Assembly (NCBI GenBank): GCA_016867175.1
Contig: VGKF01000001.1
Coordinates: forward strand, 1-29,136
Direction of reading: 5' to 3'
Length of the DNA: 29,136 nucleotides
Source: Candidatus Omnitrophota bacterium
GTDB taxonomy: Bacteria > Omnitrophota > Gorgyraeia > Gygaellales > Profunditerraquicolaceae
The notes under the pieces are model-generated. The model had not been told where the DNA came from. It did not search any database and saw only the letters and a list, made by a program, of their open reading frames with translations. Shown piece after piece: positions 17,072-24,725 of the stretch. Within the stretch, counting starts at the first letter, position 1. Each line of letters opens with the position of its first letter. Position numbers and translations under genes: made by a program.

Positions 17072-19391
17072 GTTTGTTGCCTGGTTCAGCCATGGTTTAA
17101 TCCGTTACCGCTACGGGTTCCTGGCACTCTGCTTTATCACCAGCCTATTCTTCGGCTATCAGCTCAAAGGCCTTTCTTTTAAGACTAATATCGGAGATTT
17201 CTATCCTTTAAAGCACCCTTACCTTAAGATTCAAAATCGGCTTAATGAGGTTTTTGGCGGGCTAAACCAGGTCTCTATTGCCATAGCGGTTAAGAACGGG
17301 ACCATCCTGAATACTGTTACTACGGAAAAAATCTGGCAGATCACTAACCTTCTTTATCTAACCGAAGGGATAAATGCCGGCAGGGTAGTATCTCTCTCCG
17401 CCAGGAAGATCAAATATGTAGAGGCTGACCAGGAAGGGTTTGTCAGCGAGTGGATGATGCACGACCCTCCCAAAACCCCTGATGAGATAAATAGGCTTAA
17501 GGAAAAGATCTTAAAAACACCCCTGGCCTATGGGCCGCTGGTCTCCAAAGATTTTAAGTCCACGCTGATACAGGCTGACTTTGAGTCTAATGTTTCTTCC
17601 AGGAAGATCTTTGACGTGCTGCAGGGGCTTAAAAAACAATACGAAGACGAAAATCACGCTATTTATATCTCAGGCCAGCCGGTATTGCAGGGCTGGCTTG
17701 ATTTCTATCTGCCGCGCATCAGCAGGCTTTTTCTTCTGACGCTTTTGGCGATGTCCTTAGCTTTATTCTATGCCTTTAAATCTAAACGCGGGGTAATTTT
17801 ACCCCTAATCTCTGCTTCTATGGCTACACTATGGGGTTTAGGCCTGACCGCGCTCTTTGGCTATAAACTTACTCCTTCTACGGTGCTCGCGCCATTTCTG
17901 GTTTTTGCGCTTGGCGTGAGCCACTCCGTGCAGTTCATCAAGCGCTATTACGAATATATGAGCAGAGAGAAACGCAATTCCAAAGCCGCCGCTATCCAGA
18001 TTACCCGCTCTTTGTTTGTTCCCGCATTTACCGGATTACTCACCGACGGCATAGGCCCGCTTACTTTATTTACAGTCCCCCTGGGTATGGTCAGGAGCCT
18101 GGCGATTACTATCGGTTTTGGGGTATTAAGTATCTTTTTTACGACGGTTATTTTAGTGCCCAGCCTGCTTTCTTATTTGAAGCCGCCCAGGCGCCTTGAA
18201 GTAATCAAAGAAGAGAGGAGCTCGCTCACCAATAAGATCTTGGGATATTTTGCCAAACTCTCCGTAAATAGAAAATCACGCTGGGCAGTTATTATTACCT
18301 TTTTTATGCTGACTTTGATTGCTATGTTTGGCGCGGCTCAGCTGGTAGTAGGAGACAAAAGGCCGGGCACCTCGCTGCTTTACCCCTGGAGCCCCTATAA
18401 CCAGGCGGAGAAATTCATAGCCGAGGAGTTCTCTGCTACTGACCCCTATTATATCTTCGTAGAGGGCAAGTCCCAGGATGCCATGCTTAGCAGCGCCAAT
18501 CTTAAAGAGATGGATAGCCTGCAGCGCTATTTAGAAAAGGAGGTTAAGGGAGTAGGCCGCAGCCTTTCATTAGTGGAATATGTAAAAGGGATGAATATGG
18601 TGATGTTTTCCGGCGATAGAAAGGAATACCGTATACCGGATAACGACAAGACTATCGCGGAGTTCCTCTTTTTGTATTCCTTAACCGGCTTTCCGGGGGA
18701 CTTTGACCCCGTAGTCAATCAAAGCTATCAATATGCCAATATCAAGGTTGACCTCGCGGACCACAAGAGCGAAACCATAAACCAGGTAATAAAGAAGACC
18801 GACCAGTGGATTAAGGAGAACCATAGAGCTGAGGACCTGGATTTTTCTTACGCCGGAGGAAATATCGGGATGCTGGCTGCGGTAAATCAGATAGTGGTGA
18901 CCATGCTTCCGGTAAATTCCCTGCAGACCTCGTTTTTAGTTTTTGTCTGCCTTGTCTTTGCTTATGGTTCTTTAGTTTCTGGGTGGCTTTTAATCATACC
19001 GCTGGTCTTTCGCACTTTCCTGGTTTTCGGGATACTCGGGTTTATGAAGGTCGGGCTTACCGCAGAGATGATCCCCATGGTTGCCCTAGGGATTGGTTTC
19101 GGAGACGATTTTGGGATATATATCGTATCGCGTATCAAGGATGTTTTAAGGGAAGGAGGCGGGACATTAAAAGAGGCAGTGGTTGAGGCTATGTCTACGT
19201 CAGGAAAAGCGGTGTTTTTTACCGGGCTTACACTGACCATCGGCATAGCTACCTGGATGTTCTCCAGTATCCTTATGCAGGCAAGGTTAGGCGCGCTCCT
19301 GGGATTCTTTATCTTTTTTAATGCCATAGGCACGCTTATCGTCTTGCCCTCGATGATAATGACGGTGAAACCGAAGTTTCTCAATAAGTAA
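17064..19391 (+). CDS. MMPL/HpnN-type RND superfamily transporter
   Basis: 775 aa with two internal repeats; YISGQP, GVSHSVQF, YAGGNIG and GIGFGDDFGIY motifs. Confidence 0.88.
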   Translation: MNKFVAWFSHGLIRYRYGFLALCFITSLFFGYQLKGLSFKTNIGDFYPLKHPYLKIQNRLNEVFGGLNQVSIAIAVKNGTILNTVTTEKIWQITNLLYLTEGINAGRVVSLSARKIKYVEADQEGFVSEWMMHDPPKTPDEINRLKEKILKTPLAYGPLVSKDFKSTLIQADFESNVSSRKIFDVLQGLKKQYEDENHAIYISGQPVLQGWLDFYLPRISRLFLLTLLAMSLALFYAFKSKRGVILPLISASMATLWGLGLTALFGYKLTPSTVLAPFLVFALGVSHSVQFIKRYYEYMSREKRNSKAAAIQITRSLFVPAFTGLLTDGIGPLTLFTVPLGMVRSLAITIGFGVLSIFFTTVILVPSLLSYLKPPRRLEVIKEERSSLTNKILGYFAKLSVNRKSRWAVIITFFMLTLIAMFGAAQLVVGDKRPGTSLLYPWSPYNQAEKFIAEEFSATDPYYIFVEGKSQDAMLSSANLKEMDSLQRYLEKEVKGVGRSLSLVEYVKGMNMVMFSGDRKEYRIPDNDKTIAEFLFLYSLTGFPGDFDPVVNQSYQYANIKVDLADHKSETINQVIKKTDQWIKENHRAEDLDFSYAGGNIGMLAAVNQIVVTMLPVNSLQTSFLVFVCLVFAYGSLVSGWLLIIPLVFRTFLVFGILGFMKVGLTAEMIPMVALGIGFGDDFGIYIVSRIKDVLREGGGTLKEAVVEAMSTSGKAVFFTGLTLTIGIATWMFSSILMQARLGALLGFFIFFNAIGTLIVLPSMIMTVKPKFLNK

Positions 19392-19395
19392 AAAT

Positions 19396-19493
19396 ACCCC
19401 CGCTCTCCTGCTTCATAAAACGAAGCAGGAGAAGGCGCGGGGGTTAATTCTCCCGCCTCTTGCATTCTTTTAGAATGCAAGAATACGGCGGGA
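19396..19493. repeat. Two tandem bulged hairpins with the same geometry
   Basis: 19396-19444 and 19451-19493. Each has a 7-8 bp GC outer stem, an 11-bp inner stem and a 4-nt 3' bulge. Confidence 0.8.
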
Positions 19494-19510
19494 TCATTAA
19501 GGAGGTTGAA

Positions 19511-20392
19511 ATGAAAAAACTGTTTTTGCTCTTGGCAGCCTTAGCTCTTATCCCTGGCTATTGTCTTGCCGCAGGCCTGGAATACTTCCAGGTCTACACG
19601 CCCAAAGACGGGATGAGCGCGGATGAGATTATGCAGATCGAGTACTTTGTGAAATATACCAGGTTTGCGCACGATGTTAAGATGCTGGGCAAGTCTTATT
19701 TCGTGGATAAGGCCGGTGGTGTGCGCGAGAAGGCAACTTCCAGGACCAGGATTACCTTAGGCAGAAAGTCAGACGACATCGCTTATAAAGATCTAGTTAT
19801 CTTTACTACCCCTCAGGTCAGAGGCATGGGCACGCTTACCTGGACTTATATGAACCCCGCCAAGCAGCCTGATTCTTGGCTGTGGATTCCTTCTTTAAAG
19901 AAGATCAGAAAAATTTCAGCTTCTAACTCTGATGACTCATTCCTGGGTTCTGATTTTACGGTTGAGGATATACTTACCCGTAAGTTCGAAGATGAAACCT
20001 ATGTATTAAAGGGGAGTGAGAATTTTAAAGGCTATACCTGCGAGTTCAATAAAAAGACATACTTTGCGGGTGTGCCGTGTTTTGTAATCGAGGCAAGGCC
20101 TAAGAAATCACCCTGGTATTATTCCAAGAGGATGCTCTGGGTAGATAAGTCTACCGGCGGCGGCATCTACGAGGAGAAGTATGATGTAACAGGCCGCATC
20201 TATCAGACCATATTTAAGAACTTTGAGATATTTAATGTGAACAATAAGGCATACCCTACGCAGACACTGCTTGAGGTTAAAGATTTAAGGACCGGGCACC
20301 GCACGGTAATCACCAACGATAATATAAAATATGACCAGGGCTTGAAAGAGGATCTCTTTAGCGAGAGGTCCCTGATGCAGTCCAGATGGTAA
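19511..20392 (+). CDS. LolA-like outer membrane lipoprotein-sorting family protein (LolA_like/DUF1329-like)
   Basis: SD AAGGAGG before ATG 19511; signal peptide; WLWIPSLKKIRKI…SFLGSDFTVEDI; YSKRMLWVDK; LFSERSL. Confidence 0.8.
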   Translation: MKKLFLLLAALALIPGYCLAAGLEYFQVYTPKDGMSADEIMQIEYFVKYTRFAHDVKMLGKSYFVDKAGGVREKATSRTRITLGRKSDDIAYKDLVIFTTPQVRGMGTLTWTYMNPAKQPDSWLWIPSLKKIRKISASNSDDSFLGSDFTVEDILTRKFEDETYVLKGSENFKGYTCEFNKKTYFAGVPCFVIEARPKKSPWYYSKRMLWVDKSTGGGIYEEKYDVTGRIYQTIFKNFEIFNVNNKAYPTQTLLEVKDLRTGHRTVITNDNIKYDQGLKEDLFSERSLMQSRW

Positions 20393-20406
20393 AAAGGAGG
20401 CAGCAG

Positions 20407-21786
20407 ATGAAAAAGCTTGTATTGATTGTAGCGTTGCTTTTATGCTTTAGCCCTGCCTTCGCAGGAGACAGATTCACCTTGAGCGGTTACCTCAAGAATG
20501 AGCTATCTCTGCGTGCGGAGAGCTTAAACAGCGATTTGACCAAGTTTAAAAACATCATCCAGTTAGCAGGAGAATATAAAATCAAGGATGATGAATTGGT
20601 TTTTTTTACTAAGATGAGATACTGGTATGACGCAGCCTTTGACTGGCGGGATAAATATGACCAAGGCCAGGATGCTGCGGGCCATGTGCAGCGCACAGAT
20701 TGGCTAAGGGACTGCTATCTGGATTATAACAGGGATTCCTGGTTTTTGAGGCTAGGTAAACAGCAGGTAGCCTGGGGCCAGGCAGACGGCGTGGCTGTTT
20801 TAGACAGGGTTAATCCCTTTGACCTTACTGAATACTGGCTGCAGGATTTTGAGGACCTGCGCATTCCGCTATGGATGGCCAATATTAACTACGCGCCTAA
20901 ACTTAATTCCAACCTGCAGTTTTTAGTTATACCTGATTTTGAACAGTCAACATCCGCTCCTTTGTACGCGCCATTTACTACCTATTCCTATATACGCTAC
21001 GAGGACTGGAGGAAGGCGCAGGCAGGGGTAGACCAGCAGATCTATTTTCCGGCCCAGAAATTTGAAAATTCAACCTTCGCCTTTCAATGGTCGGACAGGA
21101 TAGGCGATTTGAATTACACCTTTAACTACTTGAATGGATTCTATTATTCTGCCAGGAACTTCACCATCTTAAAAACTGGGACAGGTGGCCCCAACTCTAC
21201 CTGGCAGGTGACCAGGACATTTAAGCGCTATGAGATTTACGGCAGCTCTTTTAATAAGAGCGTAACCAACCCCGGGCCTTTGCAGGGCTTTACCTTCAGG
21301 GGAGACTTCGGTTATTATAGGGATGAGCCAATCTATTACGGCGACCCTTTAATTGCCTCTTCCTCCGGCATTAAGCGCTGGGACAATATCATGTGGATAC
21401 TGGGAGCAGATAAGACAATATTCACTAAACTATCCTTAAGCGGGCAATTCGGCCAGTATATCCTGCAGCACTCAAAGCCCAATGGACCGACAGCCAGAAG
21501 GAACTTCATATTCAATCCTTATACCTACGGCAGCGCAGACCCGGTGGAGAATATCTTTACCTTTAAGGCCTCCACAAACTTCATGAATGACAGATTAAGG
21601 GCTGAAGTGCTCTGGAGCGGCACTGACGATCCGCAGGGGAGATTATCTCCTAAGGTTTCCTATGAACTTAAGGATAACCTTTTATTGACCTTAGGCCTAC
21701 ATTATTTCTACGGCAGCCTGATGGATTCTAACGGACAATACCGCGACCAGAGCCAGATTTACAGTAGCGTAAAGTATAGTTTCTAA
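20407..21786 (+). CDS. DUF1302-like outer membrane beta-barrel
   Basis: SD AGGAGG before ATG 20407; signal peptide; LRLGKQQVAWGQADG…NPFDL; C-terminal VKYSF. Confidence 0.75.
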   Translation: MKKLVLIVALLLCFSPAFAGDRFTLSGYLKNELSLRAESLNSDLTKFKNIIQLAGEYKIKDDELVFFTKMRYWYDAAFDWRDKYDQGQDAAGHVQRTDWLRDCYLDYNRDSWFLRLGKQQVAWGQADGVAVLDRVNPFDLTEYWLQDFEDLRIPLWMANINYAPKLNSNLQFLVIPDFEQSTSAPLYAPFTTYSYIRYEDWRKAQAGVDQQIYFPAQKFENSTFAFQWSDRIGDLNYTFNYLNGFYYSARNFTILKTGTGGPNSTWQVTRTFKRYEIYGSSFNKSVTNPGPLQGFTFRGDFGYYRDEPIYYGDPLIASSSGIKRWDNIMWILGADKTIFTKLSLSGQFGQYILQHSKPNGPTARRNFIFNPYTYGSADPVENIFTFKASTNFMNDRLRAEVLWSGTDDPQGRLSPKVSYELKDNLLLTLGLHYFYGSLMDSNGQYRDQSQIYSSVKYSF

Positions 21787-21805
21787 AACAATTGTTTCTT
21801 TAACT

Positions 21806-21845
21806 ATGGCGCCTTTCTCTTAACAGAGGAGGGCGCCATTTTTTT
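21806..21845 (+). terminator. Rho-independent terminator
   Basis: 15-bp stem ATGGCGCCTTTCTCT/AGAGGAGGGCGCCAT, 4-nt loop, T-run. Confidence 0.85.
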
Positions 21846-21846
21846 A

Positions 21847-21855
21847 TGGTATAAT
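21847..21855 (+). promoter_or_regulatory. Extended -10 promoter for rlmN
   Basis: TGgTATAAT ends 8 nt before ATG 21864. Confidence 0.55.
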
Positions 21856-21863
21856 ACTGGCCT

Positions 21864-22894
21864 ATGCAAGATATCAAGGAGTTAAATTTAGCAGAGCAAA
21901 AAAAGTACTAAAGGGCTGGCAAGAAGAGGGATTCCGTGCCGCACAGGTCTTCTCCTGGATTTATAAGAAAGGTAGCCAGGATTTTGAGGCTATGAGCGAT
22001 CTCTCTTCCGGGCTAAGGTTAAAATTAAAAGAGAATTTTTCTTTTGGATCGCTCAGGCTGATTAACAAGCGCCTCTCAGCTGACGGGACAGAAAAGTTCC
22101 TTTTTGCTCTTACGGATAAAGGCTCTGTAGAGGCAGTAAGTATTCCCACAGAAAATAGGGCCACCGGCTGTATTTCTACCCAGGTCGGCTGTAAGTTCGC
22201 CTGCAGCTTTTGCGCCAGCGGCCTACATGGTTTTAAAAGAAATCTTTCAGCTGCTGAGATTTTAGAGCAGGCCCTATTTCTTAAAGACGGCTCCAGGGTT
22301 CGGAAACTCACCCATCTGGTATTCATGGGTACAGGAGAGCCGTTGGATAATTATGACAACCTGCTTAAATCTATAAGGATTATCAATTCTAAAGAGGCCT
22401 TTAATATCGGGGCGCGCCGGATTACCATCTCAACCTGCGGGATTACCCCGGGAATTAAAAGGCTCTCCGGGGAAGGGTTGCAGATAGAGCTTTCCGTATC
22501 TTTACACGCAAGCGATGATAGGACCCGCTCAAGGATCATGCCGATAAATAAACGTTATCCCCTGGAGTCCTTACTTACGGCCTGTCGAGAGTATATTAAA
22601 AAGACTGATCGCCAGATAACCTTTGAGTATGTTTTAATCCAAGGGCTAAATTCTGATTTGCAAAGCTCAAGAGAATTGAGTAAAATATTAAAAGGCCTGA
22701 ATTGTAAGGTTAACCTCATCCCGGCTAATTTTGTAGCAGAGCTGGGTATAGAGCCGCCGGGAAAGCTAGAGATATTGATGTTTAGGGACTGCCTTTTAAA
22801 AGCAGGGATTGGCGTAACTTTAAGAAAGCCGCGCGGCCAGGATATAGAGGCTAGCTGCGGCCAGCTGAGATTAAAGCATGAAAATAGAATATAG
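21864..22894 (+). CDS. rlmN: 23S rRNA m2A2503/tRNA m2A37 methyltransferase RlmN, with a 1-nt frameshift at A7 (21898-21904)
   Basis: CxxxCxxC (GCKFACSFC), MGTGEP and IEASCGQL motifs. The canonical N-terminus (MQDIKELNLAE…FRAAQVFSWIYKK…DFEAMSDL) is split over two frames. Confidence 0.9.
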
Positions 22895-23528
22895 AAGATC
22901 GATTTATGCGCTTACTTTATTACTTGCGGTTTATTTATACGCAGGTTGTACCGGGAAAGAGATCGTTAACCTGCATTCTAAGGGGAAGAATATTATCTGT
23001 TTCGGAGATAGTATCAGTTTTGGTTACGGAGTCGATACCGGGGAGGATTATCCCGCTGTTCTTTCCAGGTTGGTCACTATCCCGGTTATCAATGCCGGAG
23101 TTGACGGCGATACTTCAAGAGACGGGTTAAGGCGTATAGATATTGACGTGCTGGATAAAAATCCGCTTTTGGTAATCGTAGAATTCGGAGGGAACGATTT
23201 TCTAAAAAAGCTCCCTAAGGCAGATACGCTGGAAAACGTCTCGCAGATGGTGGATAAAATTCATGCCAAAGGGGCGATGGTAGCGATTGCTGATATCAGC
23301 GCAGGTATGTTTTTCAGGGATTACCGCATTGCCCTGCGTAAGCTCGCCCGCGAAAAAGGGGCTATCTTTATACCCTCTATCTTGAAGGGTATAATCACCA
23401 CGCCTCAGCTAAAAAGCGATTTCCTGCATCCGAATGCAGACGGTTACGTTATTGTGGCCAAGAGGGTTTACCGAGCCATTCTTCCCTACCTGAAACAGAA
23501 CTCAGCTTTAAATAAACCTAAGAAATAA
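22878..23528 (+). CDS. SGNH/GDSL hydrolase (arylesterase/TesA-like)
   Basis: FGDSIS, NAGVDGDT, EFGGNDF and DFLHPN blocks; N-terminal signal with possible lipobox YAGC. Confidence 0.92.
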   Translation: MKIEYRRSIYALTLLLAVYLYAGCTGKEIVNLHSKGKNIICFGDSISFGYGVDTGEDYPAVLSRLVTIPVINAGVDGDTSRDGLRRIDIDVLDKNPLLVIVEFGGNDFLKKLPKADTLENVSQMVDKIHAKGAMVAIADISAGMFFRDYRIALRKLAREKGAIFIPSILKGIITTPQLKSDFLHPNADGYVIVAKRVYRAILPYLKQNSALNKPKK

Positions 23529-23558
23529 AAAAGCGGGCTTCGTAACAGGAAGCCCGCT
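23526..23558 (-). terminator. Rho-independent terminator for tRNA-Leu, possibly bidirectional
   Basis: 10-bp stem AGCGGGCTTC/GAAGCCCGCT; the A-run on its left reads as a U-tract on the minus strand. Confidence 0.8.
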
Positions 23559-23576
23559 GGATTATTAACTCATTTA

Positions 23577-23659
23577 TGCCGAGGGAGGGAGTTGAACCCT
23601 CACGAGTGTGACCTCACCAGTTTTTGAGACTGGCGTGTATGCCATTCCACCACCTCGGC
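23577..23659 (-). tRNA. tRNA-Leu(CAA), CCA not encoded
   Basis: GCCGAGG acceptor stem, CCAGT-CTCAAAA-ACTGG anticodon arm, long variable arm, GGTTCAACTCC T-arm. Confidence 0.95.
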
Positions 23660-23668
23660 AATAATTAG

Positions 23669-23697
23669 TTGACGTAGACTATTTTATATTCTAAAAT
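23669..23697 (+). promoter_or_regulatory. Sigma70 promoter for tRNA-Ala
   Basis: TTGACG-17 nt-TAAAAT. Confidence 0.7.
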
Positions 23698-23709
23698 AAC
23701 AACGGTCAA
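23681..23709 (-). promoter_or_regulatory. Sigma70 promoter for tRNA-Leu
   Basis: On the minus strand, TTGACC-17 nt-TAAAAT. Confidence 0.7.
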
Positions 23710-23727
23710 TATATAATTAAATTTTTT

Positions 23728-23799
23728 GGGGCTGTAGCTCAGAGGGAGAGCATTTGCATGGCATGCAAAGGGTCGAGGGTTCAAGTCCCTCCAGCTCCA
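23728..23799 (+). tRNA. tRNA-Ala(GGC), CCA not encoded
   Basis: GGGGCTG/CAGCTCC acceptor stem with G3:U70, TTTGC-ATGGCAT-GCAAA anticodon arm, GGTTCAAGTCC T-arm. Confidence 0.95.
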
Positions 23800-24479
23800 T
23801 TTTTTATTATTGTCTCGCCGATTGATTGTAATTCGAATTGAAGAGTAGTATCGTAATAAATCAGACGTCCTACCCCATAGTATTTTTTTCTTAGCGTCGG
23901 CTTACACCTAGTTCTTATATCCGGCTGGCTTTTTAAAAATTTTGATTTTGGGATTTTGATTAGCTTTGACCAGAAGGTTTTTAATTTCTGGTAATTTTGG
24001 TCATAACGATAACTGATACTAAATCTTAATTTATTTTCGTCAATATTATAATACCTTCTTAAGGAGCGGAGGAAGAAACAAACCATTTTGGGGTCGGAAT
24101 TCCCGAAATATAGGTACCTGGAACTCGGATATTTTGCTCCTTCACATAAATATAATAATCCGCATATTAATTTTCCACTCTCTGGATCTTTAGAGGCATA
24201 TTTCTCAAAATGTTTTACCTCTTCTCTTATGCCCGCTTTCCATTTCTCTATTTTTTCCCGGTTAACTTTTACAGCCAGAGGTCTGCCTATAACCCCAGAA
24301 GCGATTATTTTTTCTTTTATGCGTTGTTTTTGTATCTTGCTAAGTTGAATATCTTTCACCCAACCGGAAAGGGTATTTTTAGGGATATTCAGTTTTCTTT
24401 TAATCTCTTCTAGTGACCGGCCGCATTTCCTTAAATGACGCACCTCTTGTTTTATTATTCTTGGATATATTTTTCGCAT
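23781..24479 (-). CDS. HTH plus LAGLIDADG-like protein (putative free-standing homing endonuclease or derivative), convergent on and overlapping tRNA-Ala
   Basis: SD GGAGGAG; N-terminal HTH (LRKCGRSLEEIKRKLNIPKNTLSGW); LICGLLYLCEGAK helix; FGNSDPKMVCFF; the last codons are the antisense of the tRNA 3' end. Confidence 0.7.
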   Translation of the reverse strand: MRKIYPRIIKQEVRHLRKCGRSLEEIKRKLNIPKNTLSGWVKDIQLSKIQKQRIKEKIIASGVIGRPLAVKVNREKIEKWKAGIREEVKHFEKYASKDPESGKLICGLLYLCEGAKYPSSRYLYFGNSDPKMVCFFLRSLRRYYNIDENKLRFSISYRYDQNYQKLKTFWSKLIKIPKSKFLKSQPDIRTRCKPTLRKKYYGVGRLIYYDTTLQFELQSIGETIIKNGAGGT

Positions 24480-24539
24480 TTTTCTCCTCCCATATTAATA
24501 GACGCAGAACCTCAAGCCTTCTCACTAAAATTTCGGGTG

Positions 24540-24571
24540 CGGGCAAAATTTGGTGCGGAAAATTTTGCCCG
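24540..24571. repeat. Perfect 12-bp inverted repeat
   Basis: CGGGCAAAATTT-ggtgcgga-AAATTTTGCCCG. Confidence 0.8.
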
Positions 24572-24597
24572 TAGGTTTCAAAGCGTTGTTGTATATG

Positions 24598-24627
24598 AGG
24601 GGGCGGGATTTTAGTTCCGCCCCTTTT
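24598..24627 (+). terminator. Probable plus-strand rho-independent terminator
   Basis: GGGGCGGGA-ttttag-TTCCGCCCC followed by TTTT (short U-tract). Confidence 0.55.
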
Positions 24628-24646
24628 AGCTATATTAACTATAGCC

Positions 24647-24674
24647 TTGACCGCCTTGTTCTAGGGTGTATAAT
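24647..24674 (+). promoter_or_regulatory. Sigma70 promoter of the nfo-leuS operon
   Basis: TTGACC-16 nt-TATAAT. Confidence 0.6.
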
Positions 24675-24725
24675 AGGCGTAAATTATTATTAAAAATAAG
24701 TTTCTAGAAATCCATACCCGCTAAA

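Noticed and set aside
19460-19510. TTG start at 19460 for the LolA-like gene (and ATG 20386 for the barrel gene)
   Set aside because: The 19460 start lies inside a hairpin. Downstream ATGs (19511, 20407) have strong SDs and begin clean signal peptides.
23577-23799. Missing CCA ends and possible introns in the tRNAs
   Set aside because: Non-encoded CCA is common in bacteria, and both genes fold as uninterrupted cloverleafs.
23940-23965. TTTTGATTTTGGGATTTTGATT quasi-repeat in the LAGLIDADG-like ORF
   Set aside because: Short and degenerate; explained by Lys/Ile/Ser codons (LIKIPKSKF).
24480-24725. attL/attR-type duplication of the tRNA-Ala 3' end, or an integrative island
   Set aside because: No second copy of the tRNA end and no integrase; CTCCTCCCAT at about 24484 is simply the antisense of the SD.
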